A stretch of DNA of 64,000 nucleotides from NCBI GenBank assembly GCA_964608215.1, contig CAZSMV010000001.1, forward strand, positions 68,083 to 132,082, given 5' to 3'. Source of the stretch: an uncultured Staphylococcaceae bacterium. Lineage in GTDB: Bacteria; Bacillota_I; Bacilli_A; RFN20; CAG-826. Below, one piece after another: positions 38,924 through 49,630 of this stretch (the stretch's first letter is position 1; each line of letters begins with the position of its first letter). Both the position numbers and the translations under genes were made by a program. Below the pieces are notes generated by a model that was given only the letters and a program-made list of their open reading frames with translations, ran no database searches and had not been told where the DNA came from.

Positions 38924-41260
38924 TTAATTGGTTCCAAAAATGATTTTATATGCATCATCAACGCAAGTCATGAATTCAATCTTTAAATTTTCTTGAACTT
39001 CCTTTGGGAGTTCATTTGCGTTATTTTTATTTTTAATTGGAATAATAATTGTTTTAATTCCGCTTCTTAAAGCGGCTAACGATTTTTCTCTTAATCCACC
39101 GATTGGAAGAGCATTTCCTCTAAGTGTCACTTCACCAGTTAATGCAATATCTCCACTTACTGGTTTGTTTGTAAGACATGAAATAATAGCAATTGTAATT
39201 GCAACACCAGCCGATGGACCATCTTTAGGAACAGCCCCTTCTGGTACGTGAATGTGAATATCGTTTTTATCAAAAATATTTGAATCAATCTTGTATTTTG
39301 TTGCATTGCTTCTAACATAATCTAACGCTATAGAAGCTGATTCTTTCATAACATCACCAAGTTTTCCAGTAAGGACTAAATTTCCTTTTCCTGGGAAAAT
39401 TGTAACTTCAATAGGAAGAATATCTCCTCCATATTCAGTATATGCAAGACCTGTAACAACTCCAACTTGTGAGCCTTTTTCTTTGCGGGTACTATCGAAT
39501 ATTTCAATGCCTAAATAAACCTTAACATCATGTGGTTTAATTTCGATTGAATCGAATTTTTTATTAATAATATCAACACAAACTTTACGACAAACTGAAT
39601 TAATTAATCTTTCAAGTTCACGGACACCTGATTCTCTTGTGTATCTTTCAATCATAAAGTCGATTGAAGCATCAGAAAACTTAATTTGATTTTCGTTTAA
39701 TCCATTATTTTTAATTGCTTTTGATACTAAATGTTCTTTGGCAATATGCAATTTTTCGATTGCAGTATAACTATTAAGTTCTATTAATTCTAAACGATCG
39801 AGTAATGGAGCTGGAATATTTTCTAGATAATTTGCAGTACAAATAAAGAGAACGTTTGATAAATCGAATGGTTCTTCAATGAAGTTATCTTGGAATTCTT
39901 TGTTTTGTTCTGGATCAAGGACTTCTAAAAGAGCACTTGCTGGATTTCCGTGATATGACTTATCGAGTTTATCGATTTCATCAAGTAAGAATACAGGATT
40001 ATTAGTCTTTGCTTTTTTTAATCCTTGTATTATTCTTCCAGGTGCACTACCAACATAGGTTCTCTTAAAACCTCTAATTTCAGCCTCATCACTGACACCA
40101 CCTAAACTAGCTTTGACAAATGTTCTGTTTAAACTTCTAGCGATTGATTTTGCTAAACTTGTTTTACCAGTTCCTGGAGGTCCATAAAAACATAAGATTG
40201 GAGCCTTTAAATTCCCAGTCATTTGTTTAACTGCTAAATATTCGAGAACTCTCTTTTTTGGTTTTTCAAGTCCATAATGGTCTTCATTTAATATTTTTTC
40301 AACTTCTTTTAAATTTTCATTATCCTTGGTTGAGTTAGTCCAAGGCAAACTTAAAAGTAAATCGATGTAAGTTCTAATTAAACTTGATTCTAAAGAACCT
40401 TGAGGAAGCATATCATACTTCTTCATTTCATCTTTTACTTTGTTTTTAATATTTTCTGGATAATTTCCTTTTTCTACCTTTTCAACGATACTGTCTGGAT
40501 CGTTATCGCCACCACCTTCTCCAAGTTCTTTCTTAATTGCTTTAAGTTTTTCTCTCAAGAAATATTCTTTTTGATTCTTCTCAGCGCTATTTCTAACATC
40601 ATTTTGAAGTTTTTCCTCAAGTTCTGCATCTTTTGCAACATTTAAACAAACACTAATTAATTTTTTAAGACGGACATTAGTATTTTCTGCTTCAAGTAAT
40701 TCTTCTTTTACATCATATGAAGCTGGTAAATGTATACTTAAAAGATAAGAAATATCTTTAGCATTTATACCTTTGTTTAATTTTGCAAAAATAGAATTAA
40801 AATCACCTTTTAAAATAATAGTTGGTCTTTCTTGAACTTTTTGCAATTCTTGAAAAAGATTTCTTACGATGATTTCTTCTTCTTTTTGATCGCCTTGTTG
40901 ATCTGGATAAAGCTTTGATTCACCAAAGAATGTATTGTTATCATAAGATAATTTATCTAAAGTTATTCTTTCTAAAGCACTTACTTTGATTTTTAAGCCA
41001 CTTCCTGAAGGCATAACTTTATCAACACGACAAAGAGTACCAACATGGTACACTTTGTCATAATTTGGAACATCATCATCTTTATCGTTTTTTTGCGAAA
41101 CAACAATTATGTATGATTCATAACTTGCTCTAGATGTCGAAACAGCATTCAATGAAAATTCTCTTTCAACAAGAATGTTTTCTTCATCACCAGGGAAGAC
41201 AACTAATCCCCTAGTTATGAGAACAGGTAGATTAAAAGGGGTATTTATATCAAACTTCAT
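38924..41260 (-). CDS. lon: ATP-dependent Lon protease
   Basis: LON N-domain, AAA+ Walker A GPPGTGKTSLAKSIA, and protease domain PKDGPSAG with the catalytic Ser/Lys context. 778 aa. Confidence 0.9.
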   Translation of the reverse strand: MKFDINTPFNLPVLITRGLVVFPGDEENILVEREFSLNAVSTSRASYESYIIVVSQKNDKDDDVPNYDKVYHVGTLCRVDKVMPSGSGLKIKVSALERITLDKLSYDNNTFFGESKLYPDQQGDQKEEEIIVRNLFQELQKVQERPTIILKGDFNSIFAKLNKGINAKDISYLLSIHLPASYDVKEELLEAENTNVRLKKLISVCLNVAKDAELEEKLQNDVRNSAEKNQKEYFLREKLKAIKKELGEGGGDNDPDSIVEKVEKGNYPENIKNKVKDEMKKYDMLPQGSLESSLIRTYIDLLLSLPWTNSTKDNENLKEVEKILNEDHYGLEKPKKRVLEYLAVKQMTGNLKAPILCFYGPPGTGKTSLAKSIARSLNRTFVKASLGGVSDEAEIRGFKRTYVGSAPGRIIQGLKKAKTNNPVFLLDEIDKLDKSYHGNPASALLEVLDPEQNKEFQDNFIEEPFDLSNVLFICTANYLENIPAPLLDRLELIELNSYTAIEKLHIAKEHLVSKAIKNNGLNENQIKFSDASIDFMIERYTRESGVRELERLINSVCRKVCVDIINKKFDSIEIKPHDVKVYLGIEIFDSTRKEKGSQVGVVTGLAYTEYGGDILPIEVTIFPGKGNLVLTGKLGDVMKESASIALDYVRSNATKYKIDSNIFDKNDIHIHVPEGAVPKDGPSAGVAITIAIISCLTNKPVSGDIALTGEVTLRGNALPIGGLREKSLAALRSGIKTIIIPIKNKNNANELPKEVQENLKIEFMTCVDDAYKIIFGTN

Positions 41261-41293
41261 TAATAATTTACCTCCTTAGCAACTAATGATGAA

Positions 41294-42673
41294 TTATTTA
41301 GCTGCCTTTTTAGTATCTTTTTTAACTGAAACTTTTTTTGCTTCAGGTGCCTTTTTTTCGGCACTATCAACTTTTTTAGTTGTAGTCTTTTCTTCTTTTG
41401 TGTTATTAGCAATAATAAATTTTTCAATTTTGCCTTGAATTAATTGTTCTTTAATTCTTGCTTCATTAGCACCTAAAGCTTTCTTTACTTCTTCAACTTT
41501 CATGCCATACATATTTGCAAGATTTGAATAGTAGTTTTCAAGTTCGTTTTGAGCAATAACTAATTTTTCAACTTCGCCAATTTTATTTAAAACTAAATAT
41601 TGAGTTAATCTTGAAGTTGCTTGAACCTTGAATTGTTCGTCAAGTTGAGCATCATTCATGCCAGTGATTTCTTTGTATTGATCATAAGTTAAGCCGTTTT
41701 GAGTAATTTGATTAACCATATCTTTTTTAACAGCTTCAGCTTCTTTTTCAATAACTTGAGGTGCAATCGTAACTTTTGCATCGTCAACTATAGTTTTTAA
41801 AATATCATTAAATTGTTTATCTTTGGCTTGATTTTCTTTTGTATGTAAAAGATCAGTTTTAACATGATCTTTTAATGTTTTAACATCGACAACACCTGGA
41901 AGATTTAAACCTTTTGCAAATTCATCATCAATTTCAGGGAATTTCTTGGCCTTAATTTCATGAACTTTACAAACAAATTTTGCTTTTTTGCCAGCCAATT
42001 CTTTAACGTATTTTTCTGGGAAAGTAACATTAACATCAATTTTTGATTCTGGTTTTGCACCAACTAACTGTTCTTCAAATCCAGGGATGAATGAACCACT
42101 ACCTAAAACTAATGAATAGTTATCGGCACTTCCACCTTCAAATTCTTTACCATCGACATAGCCTTTGAAATCTAAAACAACAGTATCACCATTAGCTGCT
42201 GGTTCATCATTTTTGATAACCCATTCAGCATTTTGTTCTCTTAAATGGTCAAGACCAACTTTAAGTTCAGATTCACTAACACTAACTTTTTCAAGAGGAA
42301 TGTCAATTCCTTTATATTTCCCAAGTTTAACTTCTGGATAAGTAACAATTGTAAAGAGAACCTCTAGTTCACTTGGACTTACTTTTGTTGGTCTAACATC
42401 TGGTCTATAGAAAACATTTAATTTGTGTTCGTTAACGACATCACTAAACATTTTTGGAAGAGCAATATTCATTGCTTCCTCGTAAACTTGACCTGCAGTT
42501 AATCTTTCTTTAGCAAGGCTTAAAGGAGCTTTTCCTTTTCTAAAACCTTTGACTTGAACATTTTCAGCTAATTTTTTAACAGCTTTATCTTGTGCATCGT
42601 TCCATTCTTTTCCAGTAATTGAAGTTGAAACTTCATAAACACCATTTCCTTTATCAACTAATTTTGTAGCCAT
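41294..42673 (-). CDS. tig: trigger factor
   Basis: Ribosome-binding motif GFRKGKAP, PPIase domain, and a lysine-rich C-terminal tail. 459 aa. Confidence 0.9.
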   Translation of the reverse strand: MATKLVDKGNGVYEVSTSITGKEWNDAQDKAVKKLAENVQVKGFRKGKAPLSLAKERLTAGQVYEEAMNIALPKMFSDVVNEHKLNVFYRPDVRPTKVSPSELEVLFTIVTYPEVKLGKYKGIDIPLEKVSVSESELKVGLDHLREQNAEWVIKNDEPAANGDTVVLDFKGYVDGKEFEGGSADNYSLVLGSGSFIPGFEEQLVGAKPESKIDVNVTFPEKYVKELAGKKAKFVCKVHEIKAKKFPEIDDEFAKGLNLPGVVDVKTLKDHVKTDLLHTKENQAKDKQFNDILKTIVDDAKVTIAPQVIEKEAEAVKKDMVNQITQNGLTYDQYKEITGMNDAQLDEQFKVQATSRLTQYLVLNKIGEVEKLVIAQNELENYYSNLANMYGMKVEEVKKALGANEARIKEQLIQGKIEKFIIANNTKEEKTTTKKVDSAEKKAPEAKKVSVKKDTKKAAK

Positions 42674-42714
42674 TTTAATAACTTCTCCTTAATGCTTTTT
42701 TGCGTACGAGTAAA

Positions 42715-42744
42715 ATTATATATTAGATTATAATCTAATACAAC
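42715..42744 (-). promoter_or_regulatory. tig-lon-engB-valS promoter with an 18-bp perfect palindrome in the spacer
   Basis: Minus strand reads TTGTAT, 17 nt, TATAAT. The spacer is filled by the perfect palindrome ATTAGATTATAATCTAAT (plus strand 42722-42739). Confidence 0.5.
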
Positions 42745-42768
42745 AATAAAACTTGTCTATATCAATAG

Positions 42769-43704
42769 CTAAAATTCGTTTTCAACGGCCTTTATTAATG
42801 TTCTAAATCTAGGCATTTTTTCAGTATTAATTTTTAGTTCTTGATAACAATTATCTTCTTTAGGGTCAAGTCCATAAACATCACACGCATTCTCAATTAT
42901 GGCTGCAAGTAAACATTGCAAATCATCTTTTTCTATCTTTTCTGGAAGAAGATAAATAAATGCAGGTCTATAAAGAATGGAAACATAGTTATAAACGCTA
43001 ATGTTTTTCATTGTTCTACTAAGGTATTTTAAATCGCTAGAAATTATGCTTTCCATTGTTTGCATATAAAGTGTGTATTCGCTTGGGATAATTGAATAAT
43101 AAATTGTGTCTTTTTTGAAAGTAATTCTTTTATTCATTCTTCCAAGCATTGCATATTCCAAAAGTATCGAAAATATCGAATCAAATTTAATCGTACTTGT
43201 TAGATAATCGTAAACAACTTCATCACAACGAACACCTTGCGATTCAAGATCTAATAATTGTTTTATAGCTTCTAGTTTTTCTTCTTTTGTACTTCCATAT
43301 AGCATCGATTTAATCGTATTTATATTAATTTCTTTATTTGGTTCATTTTGATTGAAATATTCAATTACTTGGTTAACATAAGCATCCATTGAATTTAAAT
43401 ATTCTTCTGTTTGTTGATTAACATATGGCAAATTTCTAAAATATTCCTCTTCTTCGCTAATTTTATCGAATTTTTTAAAATAAACCAAAAGATATAATAA
43501 TGCCTTAGAACTACTAATTAAATCCCAATTTTCAACTATTTTTCTATTTTCGTAATATAAGTCTAGAGCTTCATTATATTTATGTATTGCCTCAAAACTT
43601 AATATTTTATATAAAATGTCTTCACCATCTTTTTCATCTATTTTTTGATTTAAAATTGATTCATACATTCCATTTATGAATAAATCTTTAATTTTTTTGC
43701 TCAT
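42769..43704 (-). CDS. hypothetical protein, helix-rich, no recognisable motifs
   Basis: 311-aa ORF whose start overlaps the uvrC stop by 17 nt (translational coupling). I could assign no family by inspection. Confidence 0.55.
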   Translation of the reverse strand: MSKKIKDLFINGMYESILNQKIDEKDGEDILYKILSFEAIHKYNEALDLYYENRKIVENWDLISSSKALLYLLVYFKKFDKISEEEEYFRNLPYVNQQTEEYLNSMDAYVNQVIEYFNQNEPNKEININTIKSMLYGSTKEEKLEAIKQLLDLESQGVRCDEVVYDYLTSTIKFDSIFSILLEYAMLGRMNKRITFKKDTIYYSIIPSEYTLYMQTMESIISSDLKYLSRTMKNISVYNYVSILYRPAFIYLLPEKIEKDDLQCLLAAIIENACDVYGLDPKEDNCYQELKINTEKMPRFRTLIKAVENEF

Positions 43705-45463
43705 CGTTTTTGCCTCTCAATTTATTATATAATGCTACAGCTGATTCTTTTGGAATAATTTGTTCAAGTTCAATTAAACTTGCATTTTTAAGTTCTGATA
43801 ACGAAGGATATGTTTTGATTAAAAGTTCTTTTCTTTTATCACCAAGACCCGGAATATCATCAAATATACTAGTAAACATCGATTTATTTCTTTTGTTTAT
43901 ATGTGTTGAAATAGCATATCTATGCACTTCATCTTGCATTCTAGTTAGCATAAAGAACAATGGTTTATTGTCATCTAAATTTATAACTTCCCCATCACTA
44001 TTAATTAATGAATTTGTTCTATGTTTTTCGCTTTTCGATAAACCAGCTAGATTAATGTTTAATTCAAGTTTTTCCATGACTTCTTTTGCTATTTCAACTT
44101 GTTCTAGGCCGCCATCAAGTAATATTAAATCAGGGTATTTTTGATCTTCCTCTTTTAATCTAGAATATCTTCTTGTTAAAACTTCTCTCATGCTTGATAG
44201 GTCATCTTTTTTATTTTCTGATTCAATATTAAATTTTCTATACATTTTTTTATTTGGCTCACCATTTATAAAACACACCATCGCCCCAATTGCATTTGTC
44301 CCTTGGAGATGTGAATTATCAAATAATTCAATTCTATATGGTGTCTTTATATTTAATAATTTTCCAAGATTTTCAAGAATTTCTAATTTATCATCTTCTA
44401 ACCTAGCGCTCATAAAATGCTCATCTAATCCTTCTTTTGCATTTATTTGAGCAACATTAATTAAATCAAAAAGTTTTCCTTTTGTTGGTGAACAAACTTT
44501 ATTATCAAATATTTGTTCGAGCGATTCTTTTATTTCTTTATTTCCAACAACAATTCCTTTAGGAATCAAATTATGTTCATAGTATTGATAAATAATGTTT
44601 GTTAAAAATTCATCAATTTCACCAATAATTTCATAAACGTAATTCTTTTTAGCTATTAGAATTCCTTTTCTAATAATTAATATTGCTAAAGATACATACC
44701 CTTCACGAATGAAATATCCAAAAATATCGATATCATCGCTATTAATTAATTCAACATCTTGTTTATCATTAATATGGTTTAAACTATCTAAGATTTTTTT
44801 ATATTCTTCAGCAGTTTCAAAATCTAATTCTTCACTACATTTTTTGATTTTTTCTTTAACTTCCGAAATTATATTTTTATTATCGCCTTTTAAAAATTGT
44901 TTGATGTCATCAATATTTTTTTGATAAACATCTTTGCTAACCTTATTTATGCAAGGAGCTAAACATTGTCCTAAATGATAATATAAACAAGGTGAGTTTG
45001 GAACTTGATGGCATTTTCTTAATGGAAAAAATTTGTTTAAAATATCTACCATTTCGTATGCATTAGAAGATTCTGGGAAAGGTCCGAAATAATCACATCT
45101 TTTGTCATTTAAATTTCTTGCGATAGAAATATATGGATTTTGCACTTTATGAATTGCTATATAGGGATAATGTTTATCATCTTTTAGTAAAATATTATAT
45201 CTTGGCAAATGTTTTTGAATTAAATTCATTTCAAGAATAAATGCCTCTTTTTCAGTTCTGGTTATAATAATTTCAAAATGATCGACATGCGAAACCATTG
45301 CTGCAGTTTTACCAGTATGAGGTCGATTGAAATATTGTGAAACACGATTTTTTAAATTTTTTGCTTTTCCAATATAAATAATATTGTCATCAATATCGTG
45401 CATTAGATAACAACCAGGTTTGTTTGGCAATAAGTTTATTTCGTTTATTAGTTTTTCGTTCAT
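43688..45463 (-). CDS. uvrC: excinuclease ABC subunit C
   Basis: N-terminal GIY-YIG (GCYLMHD...IIYIGKAKNLKNR), UvrBC-interaction region, RNase H-like domain and C-terminal HhH. 591 aa. Confidence 0.9.
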   Translation of the reverse strand: MNEKLINEINLLPNKPGCYLMHDIDDNIIYIGKAKNLKNRVSQYFNRPHTGKTAAMVSHVDHFEIIITRTEKEAFILEMNLIQKHLPRYNILLKDDKHYPYIAIHKVQNPYISIARNLNDKRCDYFGPFPESSNAYEMVDILNKFFPLRKCHQVPNSPCLYYHLGQCLAPCINKVSKDVYQKNIDDIKQFLKGDNKNIISEVKEKIKKCSEELDFETAEEYKKILDSLNHINDKQDVELINSDDIDIFGYFIREGYVSLAILIIRKGILIAKKNYVYEIIGEIDEFLTNIIYQYYEHNLIPKGIVVGNKEIKESLEQIFDNKVCSPTKGKLFDLINVAQINAKEGLDEHFMSARLEDDKLEILENLGKLLNIKTPYRIELFDNSHLQGTNAIGAMVCFINGEPNKKMYRKFNIESENKKDDLSSMREVLTRRYSRLKEEDQKYPDLILLDGGLEQVEIAKEVMEKLELNINLAGLSKSEKHRTNSLINSDGEVINLDDNKPLFFMLTRMQDEVHRYAISTHINKRNKSMFTSIFDDIPGLGDKRKELLIKTYPSLSELKNASLIELEQIIPKESAVALYNKLRGKNDEQKN

Positions 45464-47757
45464 TTTAAAGTAATAATTGTAGTAGCTCCTGCACCACCAT
45501 CTGTTTCTGATCCAAGTTTAAAATCTTTGACTATATCAAGTTTTTTTAAATGTGTGTGTATTGCTTGTCTAAGTTGACCGCTACCATAACCATGAATTAC
45601 TTTTACAGTTTTATAGCCTCTAGAATAGCAATCGCTAAGATATTTATCTAAAGCATTTATACCTTCATCTATATGATAACCAATCAAATTTAATGAATAA
45701 GAAAGACTCTTTTTTCCAAAAATACTTTGATCTATATTACTTCCTTTTGGCTTATAAGATGCGGGAGTTGCTATTTTTTCGCATTTATCTTTATCTGTAT
45801 TTAGGCTCAACCCATCATGAGTGACAACAGTAATTTTTTTGCCGTCTAGACGTGTGATTTTACCTTCCATATCTAAAGATTTTATTTTTACATAATTTCC
45901 AACTTCAAGTTTTTCATCAACTTTTTTAGTTAGACTTAAAGCATTGATTCTATTGGTATATTCGACACTTTTTGCTTTGTTAGATTTTTTAAATTCTTCT
46001 ACAATTTCATCAATTTCATCAATTTTAGAATTCATATAATCATCAAAATCTTCAATTTTTCTTTCTTTAAGTTTTTCTTCTTTTATACTTAAAGTATTGC
46101 TTTTCTGCGTTAATTCAGAATTAAGTTGATCAAGTTCTTTTTTCCTTTTATTTAATTGTTCATTTTTTTCATGAATTAATCTTTCTTTATCTTCAAGAAT
46201 TTGTAATTTTCTATCGTTATTATCGATATAATTTTGTTCATATATTTTTTCTGCATTATTAACAATTACATCATTTAAACCATATTTTCTAGCTATTTTA
46301 AAACCATAACTTTTACCAGTTACATCATAAATTATTCTAAATGTTGGTTCAATTTTCTCTTCGTTGAATATGAATGATACACTTGTTACGTTTGGATTGG
46401 TTAAGCCAAATTGTTTTAATAAATTATAGTGTGAAGTAATCATTGTTAAACATTTTCTTTCAAGTAAAAATTGAGCAACAGCTAAACTTAAAGCTTCGCC
46501 TTCTTTTGGATCTGTTCCATTACCAAGTTCATCAATTATTACTAAATCTTTACTAGATATATACTTTAAAATTACTGATAATACAGAGATATGAGCACTG
46601 AATGTTGAAAGATTATTTTCAATTGATTGACCATCTCCAATATCAACATATATTTTTCTAAAGAAACCAACACCACTATTTTCACTAGCTGAAATTGGAA
46701 GGCCCATTTTTGCCATATATGATAAAATTGCAACTGTTTTTAATGCAATTGTTTTTCCTCCAGCATTTGGCCCACTTATTAACATCATCGTTTTGTCTGA
46801 GCAAATAATAAAGTCATTTGCAACGACACTATTTGGATCAAGCAAAGGGTGTCTTGCAATATATAATTTAATTTCTTGTTTATCAAAAAGAATAGGAACT
46901 ACTCCATTAATTTCCTTTGTGAAATGTGCTTTTGAACTTAAAAAATCAAAATATCCTATGATTTTGTCATTTGTAATAAGAATTTCTTCGTCTTTAATAA
47001 CTAAATTAGTTAGTTCTTTTAATATGCGATTAACTTCTTCTTTTTCTTGAATTTCTAAAACATGTTTATCGTTTTCTAAACTTACTATTTCTAGTGGTTC
47101 AATAAAAGTTGTTTGTCCACTATCACTAATATCTAAAACTAACCCAGAAACATTCGATTTAAATGAAGAGTTAATTGGTAAAACAAAGACTCCATCACGT
47201 AAAACATAATTATCGCCTGATAATTGATCTTTATGTTTAATTAATAATTTATTGATGGTTGTTTTAATGTCTCTTTCGCTTCTATATAAATCTTTTCTTA
47301 TTTTACTTAATTTAGGAGAAGCATTGTCAGAGACTGTGTTATCAATTGTGATAACATTATTAATTTTGGTATAAAGTGATTCATCAAATTTAAGTAAGGA
47401 AAAATCTTTCGATAATAACGATGGTTTTTCAACAATTTTGTTGAAAAACCTAATTATTTCTTTTGTAGAAAGAAGAACTTCTTTAACATCATTTAGTTTT
47501 CTTTCATCTAGAATACTACCTTTTTTGGCGTTTTTGATTTCATCTTCTATGTTGATATGATTATTAATTGGCAAATCGTTATATTTGTTAATGATTGAAA
47601 TCATTTCTTTCAATCTATCAAGTTCTTCTTTGCATTTATCTTTATCATCAAATACATCCAGATTTTCTAATATAACTCGTCCTCTAGGAGTTTTTATATA
47701 CCTATAAATCTTTTCTAAAACTTTGTCTATTTCTAAGATTTGTCTAACTGAATTCAT
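45460..47757 (-). CDS. mutS2: endonuclease MutS2 (MutS domains III-V plus a C-terminal Smr domain)
   Basis: Walker A ISGPNAGGKTIALKTV, coiled-coil middle region, and a C-terminal Smr-like region (LNLIGYHIDEG...DIVKDF). Overlaps uvrC by 4 nt. Confidence 0.85.
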   Translation of the reverse strand: MNSVRQILEIDKVLEKIYRYIKTPRGRVILENLDVFDDKDKCKEELDRLKEMISIINKYNDLPINNHINIEDEIKNAKKGSILDERKLNDVKEVLLSTKEIIRFFNKIVEKPSLLSKDFSLLKFDESLYTKINNVITIDNTVSDNASPKLSKIRKDLYRSERDIKTTINKLLIKHKDQLSGDNYVLRDGVFVLPINSSFKSNVSGLVLDISDSGQTTFIEPLEIVSLENDKHVLEIQEKEEVNRILKELTNLVIKDEEILITNDKIIGYFDFLSSKAHFTKEINGVVPILFDKQEIKLYIARHPLLDPNSVVANDFIICSDKTMMLISGPNAGGKTIALKTVAILSYMAKMGLPISASENSGVGFFRKIYVDIGDGQSIENNLSTFSAHISVLSVILKYISSKDLVIIDELGNGTDPKEGEALSLAVAQFLLERKCLTMITSHYNLLKQFGLTNPNVTSVSFIFNEEKIEPTFRIIYDVTGKSYGFKIARKYGLNDVIVNNAEKIYEQNYIDNNDRKLQILEDKERLIHEKNEQLNKRKKELDQLNSELTQKSNTLSIKEEKLKERKIEDFDDYMNSKIDEIDEIVEEFKKSNKAKSVEYTNRINALSLTKKVDEKLEVGNYVKIKSLDMEGKITRLDGKKITVVTHDGLSLNTDKDKCEKIATPASYKPKGSNIDQSIFGKKSLSYSLNLIGYHIDEGINALDKYLSDCYSRGYKTVKVIHGYGSGQLRQAIHTHLKKLDIVKDFKLGSETDGGAGATTIITLK

Positions 47758-47804
47758 ACCTCAAATATTAGCATAATTCTATATTTAATGATATAATAAT
47801 AACG

Positions 47805-48731
47805 ATGATTACTATTAAAATAGATGATAAAACTCTTCATAGAATTGAACTAGATTATAAAGATTATATTATCCAAAGAGATATTGGATATATTTTATTT
47901 GTTGCTAAGACAGACAAAAATATTATCACTGCTTTTTTAAATAAAAAGAAGGTTGAATTTAAGGTTACAATACAAGGCGAAGATGCTCTTGAAATAGCAA
48001 AAAAATATGCCAAGGAATCCCAGTTTGTTCATAAAAAAGAGAAAATCAATAAAGAATCTGCTTATTTTATTGATGTTGACCAGCAAATAGGTAGCGATGA
48101 GGTTGGAACCGGAGATTTTTTAGGGCCTATAGTTGTTTGTGCTGCTTATTGTGACCATGAAACAATGAAATTAGTTGATGAATACAATATAAAAGATAGC
48201 AAAAAATTTAATGATCAAGAAATTTTAGAGGTTATTCCGCTACTTCTTAAAAAAGTATATTTTGAGTACAAAATATTAAGTAATGAGCGTTATAACAACG
48301 CAACCAAAAATGGTTTTAATATGGTTAAAATCAAATGTATTTTACATAACCATGTTTTAACCAAACTCCATGAACGTTTTCCATATGTGTCTAATTTATA
48401 TATTGACCAGTTTGTACCAAAAGAAAATTATTTTGCATACTTAAATGGAATTGAACATATTGAAGAAGGCTTGGTCTTTAAAGAAAAGGGCGAATCGTTC
48501 TTCCCTAGTGTTGCTTTAGCAAGTTGCATCGCTCGTTATTATTTTTTAAAAGAAATGGATTTTATGTCAAGAAAAATTGGCATGAAAATTCCATTTGGAG
48601 CTGGTGAAAGCGTTAATGAATTTTCTAAAAAATATATCGAAAAATTTGGATATGAAAATTTTTCTAAATTTTGTAAACAAAATTTTAAAAATTATGATGA
48701 GCTCGTAAAAACTAGTTTATTTAATAACTGA
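47805..48731 (+). CDS. rnhC: ribonuclease HIII
   Basis: N-terminal TBP-like domain plus RNase HII-fold catalytic motif GSDEVGTGDFLGP. 308 aa, next to mutS2 as in Bacillus. Confidence 0.85.
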   Translation: MITIKIDDKTLHRIELDYKDYIIQRDIGYILFVAKTDKNIITAFLNKKKVEFKVTIQGEDALEIAKKYAKESQFVHKKEKINKESAYFIDVDQQIGSDEVGTGDFLGPIVVCAAYCDHETMKLVDEYNIKDSKKFNDQEILEVIPLLLKKVYFEYKILSNERYNNATKNGFNMVKIKCILHNHVLTKLHERFPYVSNLYIDQFVPKENYFAYLNGIEHIEEGLVFKEKGESFFPSVALASCIARYYFLKEMDFMSRKIGMKIPFGAGESVNEFSKKYIEKFGYENFSKFCKQNFKNYDELVKTSLFNN

Positions 48732-49628
48732 TAAAATTTCTTTAAAATAATTTGGAAGAGGTGCTTCAAATGTCATCTCTTTTTTTGTTGTCGGATGAAC
48801 GAAAGTTAATCTATATGCATGAAGTAATTGACCATTATTATAAATTCCACAATTATTTTTCCCATACAATGGATCACCCACAACTGGATGTTTTATATAT
48901 TCCATATGAACCCTAATTTGATGTGTTCTTCCTGTTTCAAGTCGACAATCAACTAATGTATATTTTTCATATCTTTTAACTACAGTAAAATGTGTTACAG
49001 CTGGTCTGCCATTAATTGCATCAACACACATTTTCATTCTATTATTTTTGTCTCTAGCAATTGGAGCATTTATTCTACCATTATCTTCATCTATTCTTCC
49101 CATAACTAAAGCATAATATTCCCGATGCATTGTATGATTTTGCAGTTGTTCTGCTATGAATGCATGTGCATAATTATTTTTGCAAACTAAAAGAAGTCCA
49201 CTTGTATCTTTGTCAATTCTATGGACAATTCCAACACGTTCTAAACCATTTATATTTGATAATTCTTTATTTGCATAAATTAATGCATTTACAAGTGTAT
49301 CGTCATGATGGCCATCACCAGGATGAACAACTAATCCTTTCGGTTTATTTATTATAATTATATCATCATCCTCATATAAGATATCTAAATCATATTTATA
49401 AGGCTTAATATCATTACAATCTAATTTTTCTTCAACAAAATTAACGTTTATTTCATCCATTGCTTTTATTTTATATGATGGAGAGACTACTTTTTCATTA
49501 ATGGTCACATTTCCATTTTTAATAAGATTACTAAAAAAAACACGAGAAAAATTAGGCTCAACAAGTGTTAGATACCTATCAATTCTTAAATCATGATGTT
49601 CTTTATCTACCTTATAGGTTTTAAGCAT
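48717..49628 (-). CDS. rluD: RluA/RluD-family 23S rRNA pseudouridine synthase
   Basis: S4 domain followed by the catalytic HRIDKDTSGLLLV motif. Occupies the ileS-lspA-rluD position. Confidence 0.85.
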   Translation of the reverse strand: MLKTYKVDKEHHDLRIDRYLTLVEPNFSRVFFSNLIKNGNVTINEKVVSPSYKIKAMDEINVNFVEEKLDCNDIKPYKYDLDILYEDDDIIIINKPKGLVVHPGDGHHDDTLVNALIYANKELSNINGLERVGIVHRIDKDTSGLLLVCKNNYAHAFIAEQLQNHTMHREYYALVMGRIDEDNGRINAPIARDKNNRMKMCVDAINGRPAVTHFTVVKRYEKYTLVDCRLETGRTHQIRVHMEYIKHPVVGDPLYGKNNCGIYNNGQLLHAYRLTFVHPTTKKEMTFEAPLPNYFKEILSVIK

Positions 49629-49630
49629 TA

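Noticed and set aside
41261-42768. CIRCE (HrcA operator, TTAGCACTC-N9-GAGTGCTAA) upstream of lon/tig
   Set aside because: I scanned the tig upstream region and the tig-lon junction by eye and found no match. Only the unrelated 18-bp AT palindrome is present.
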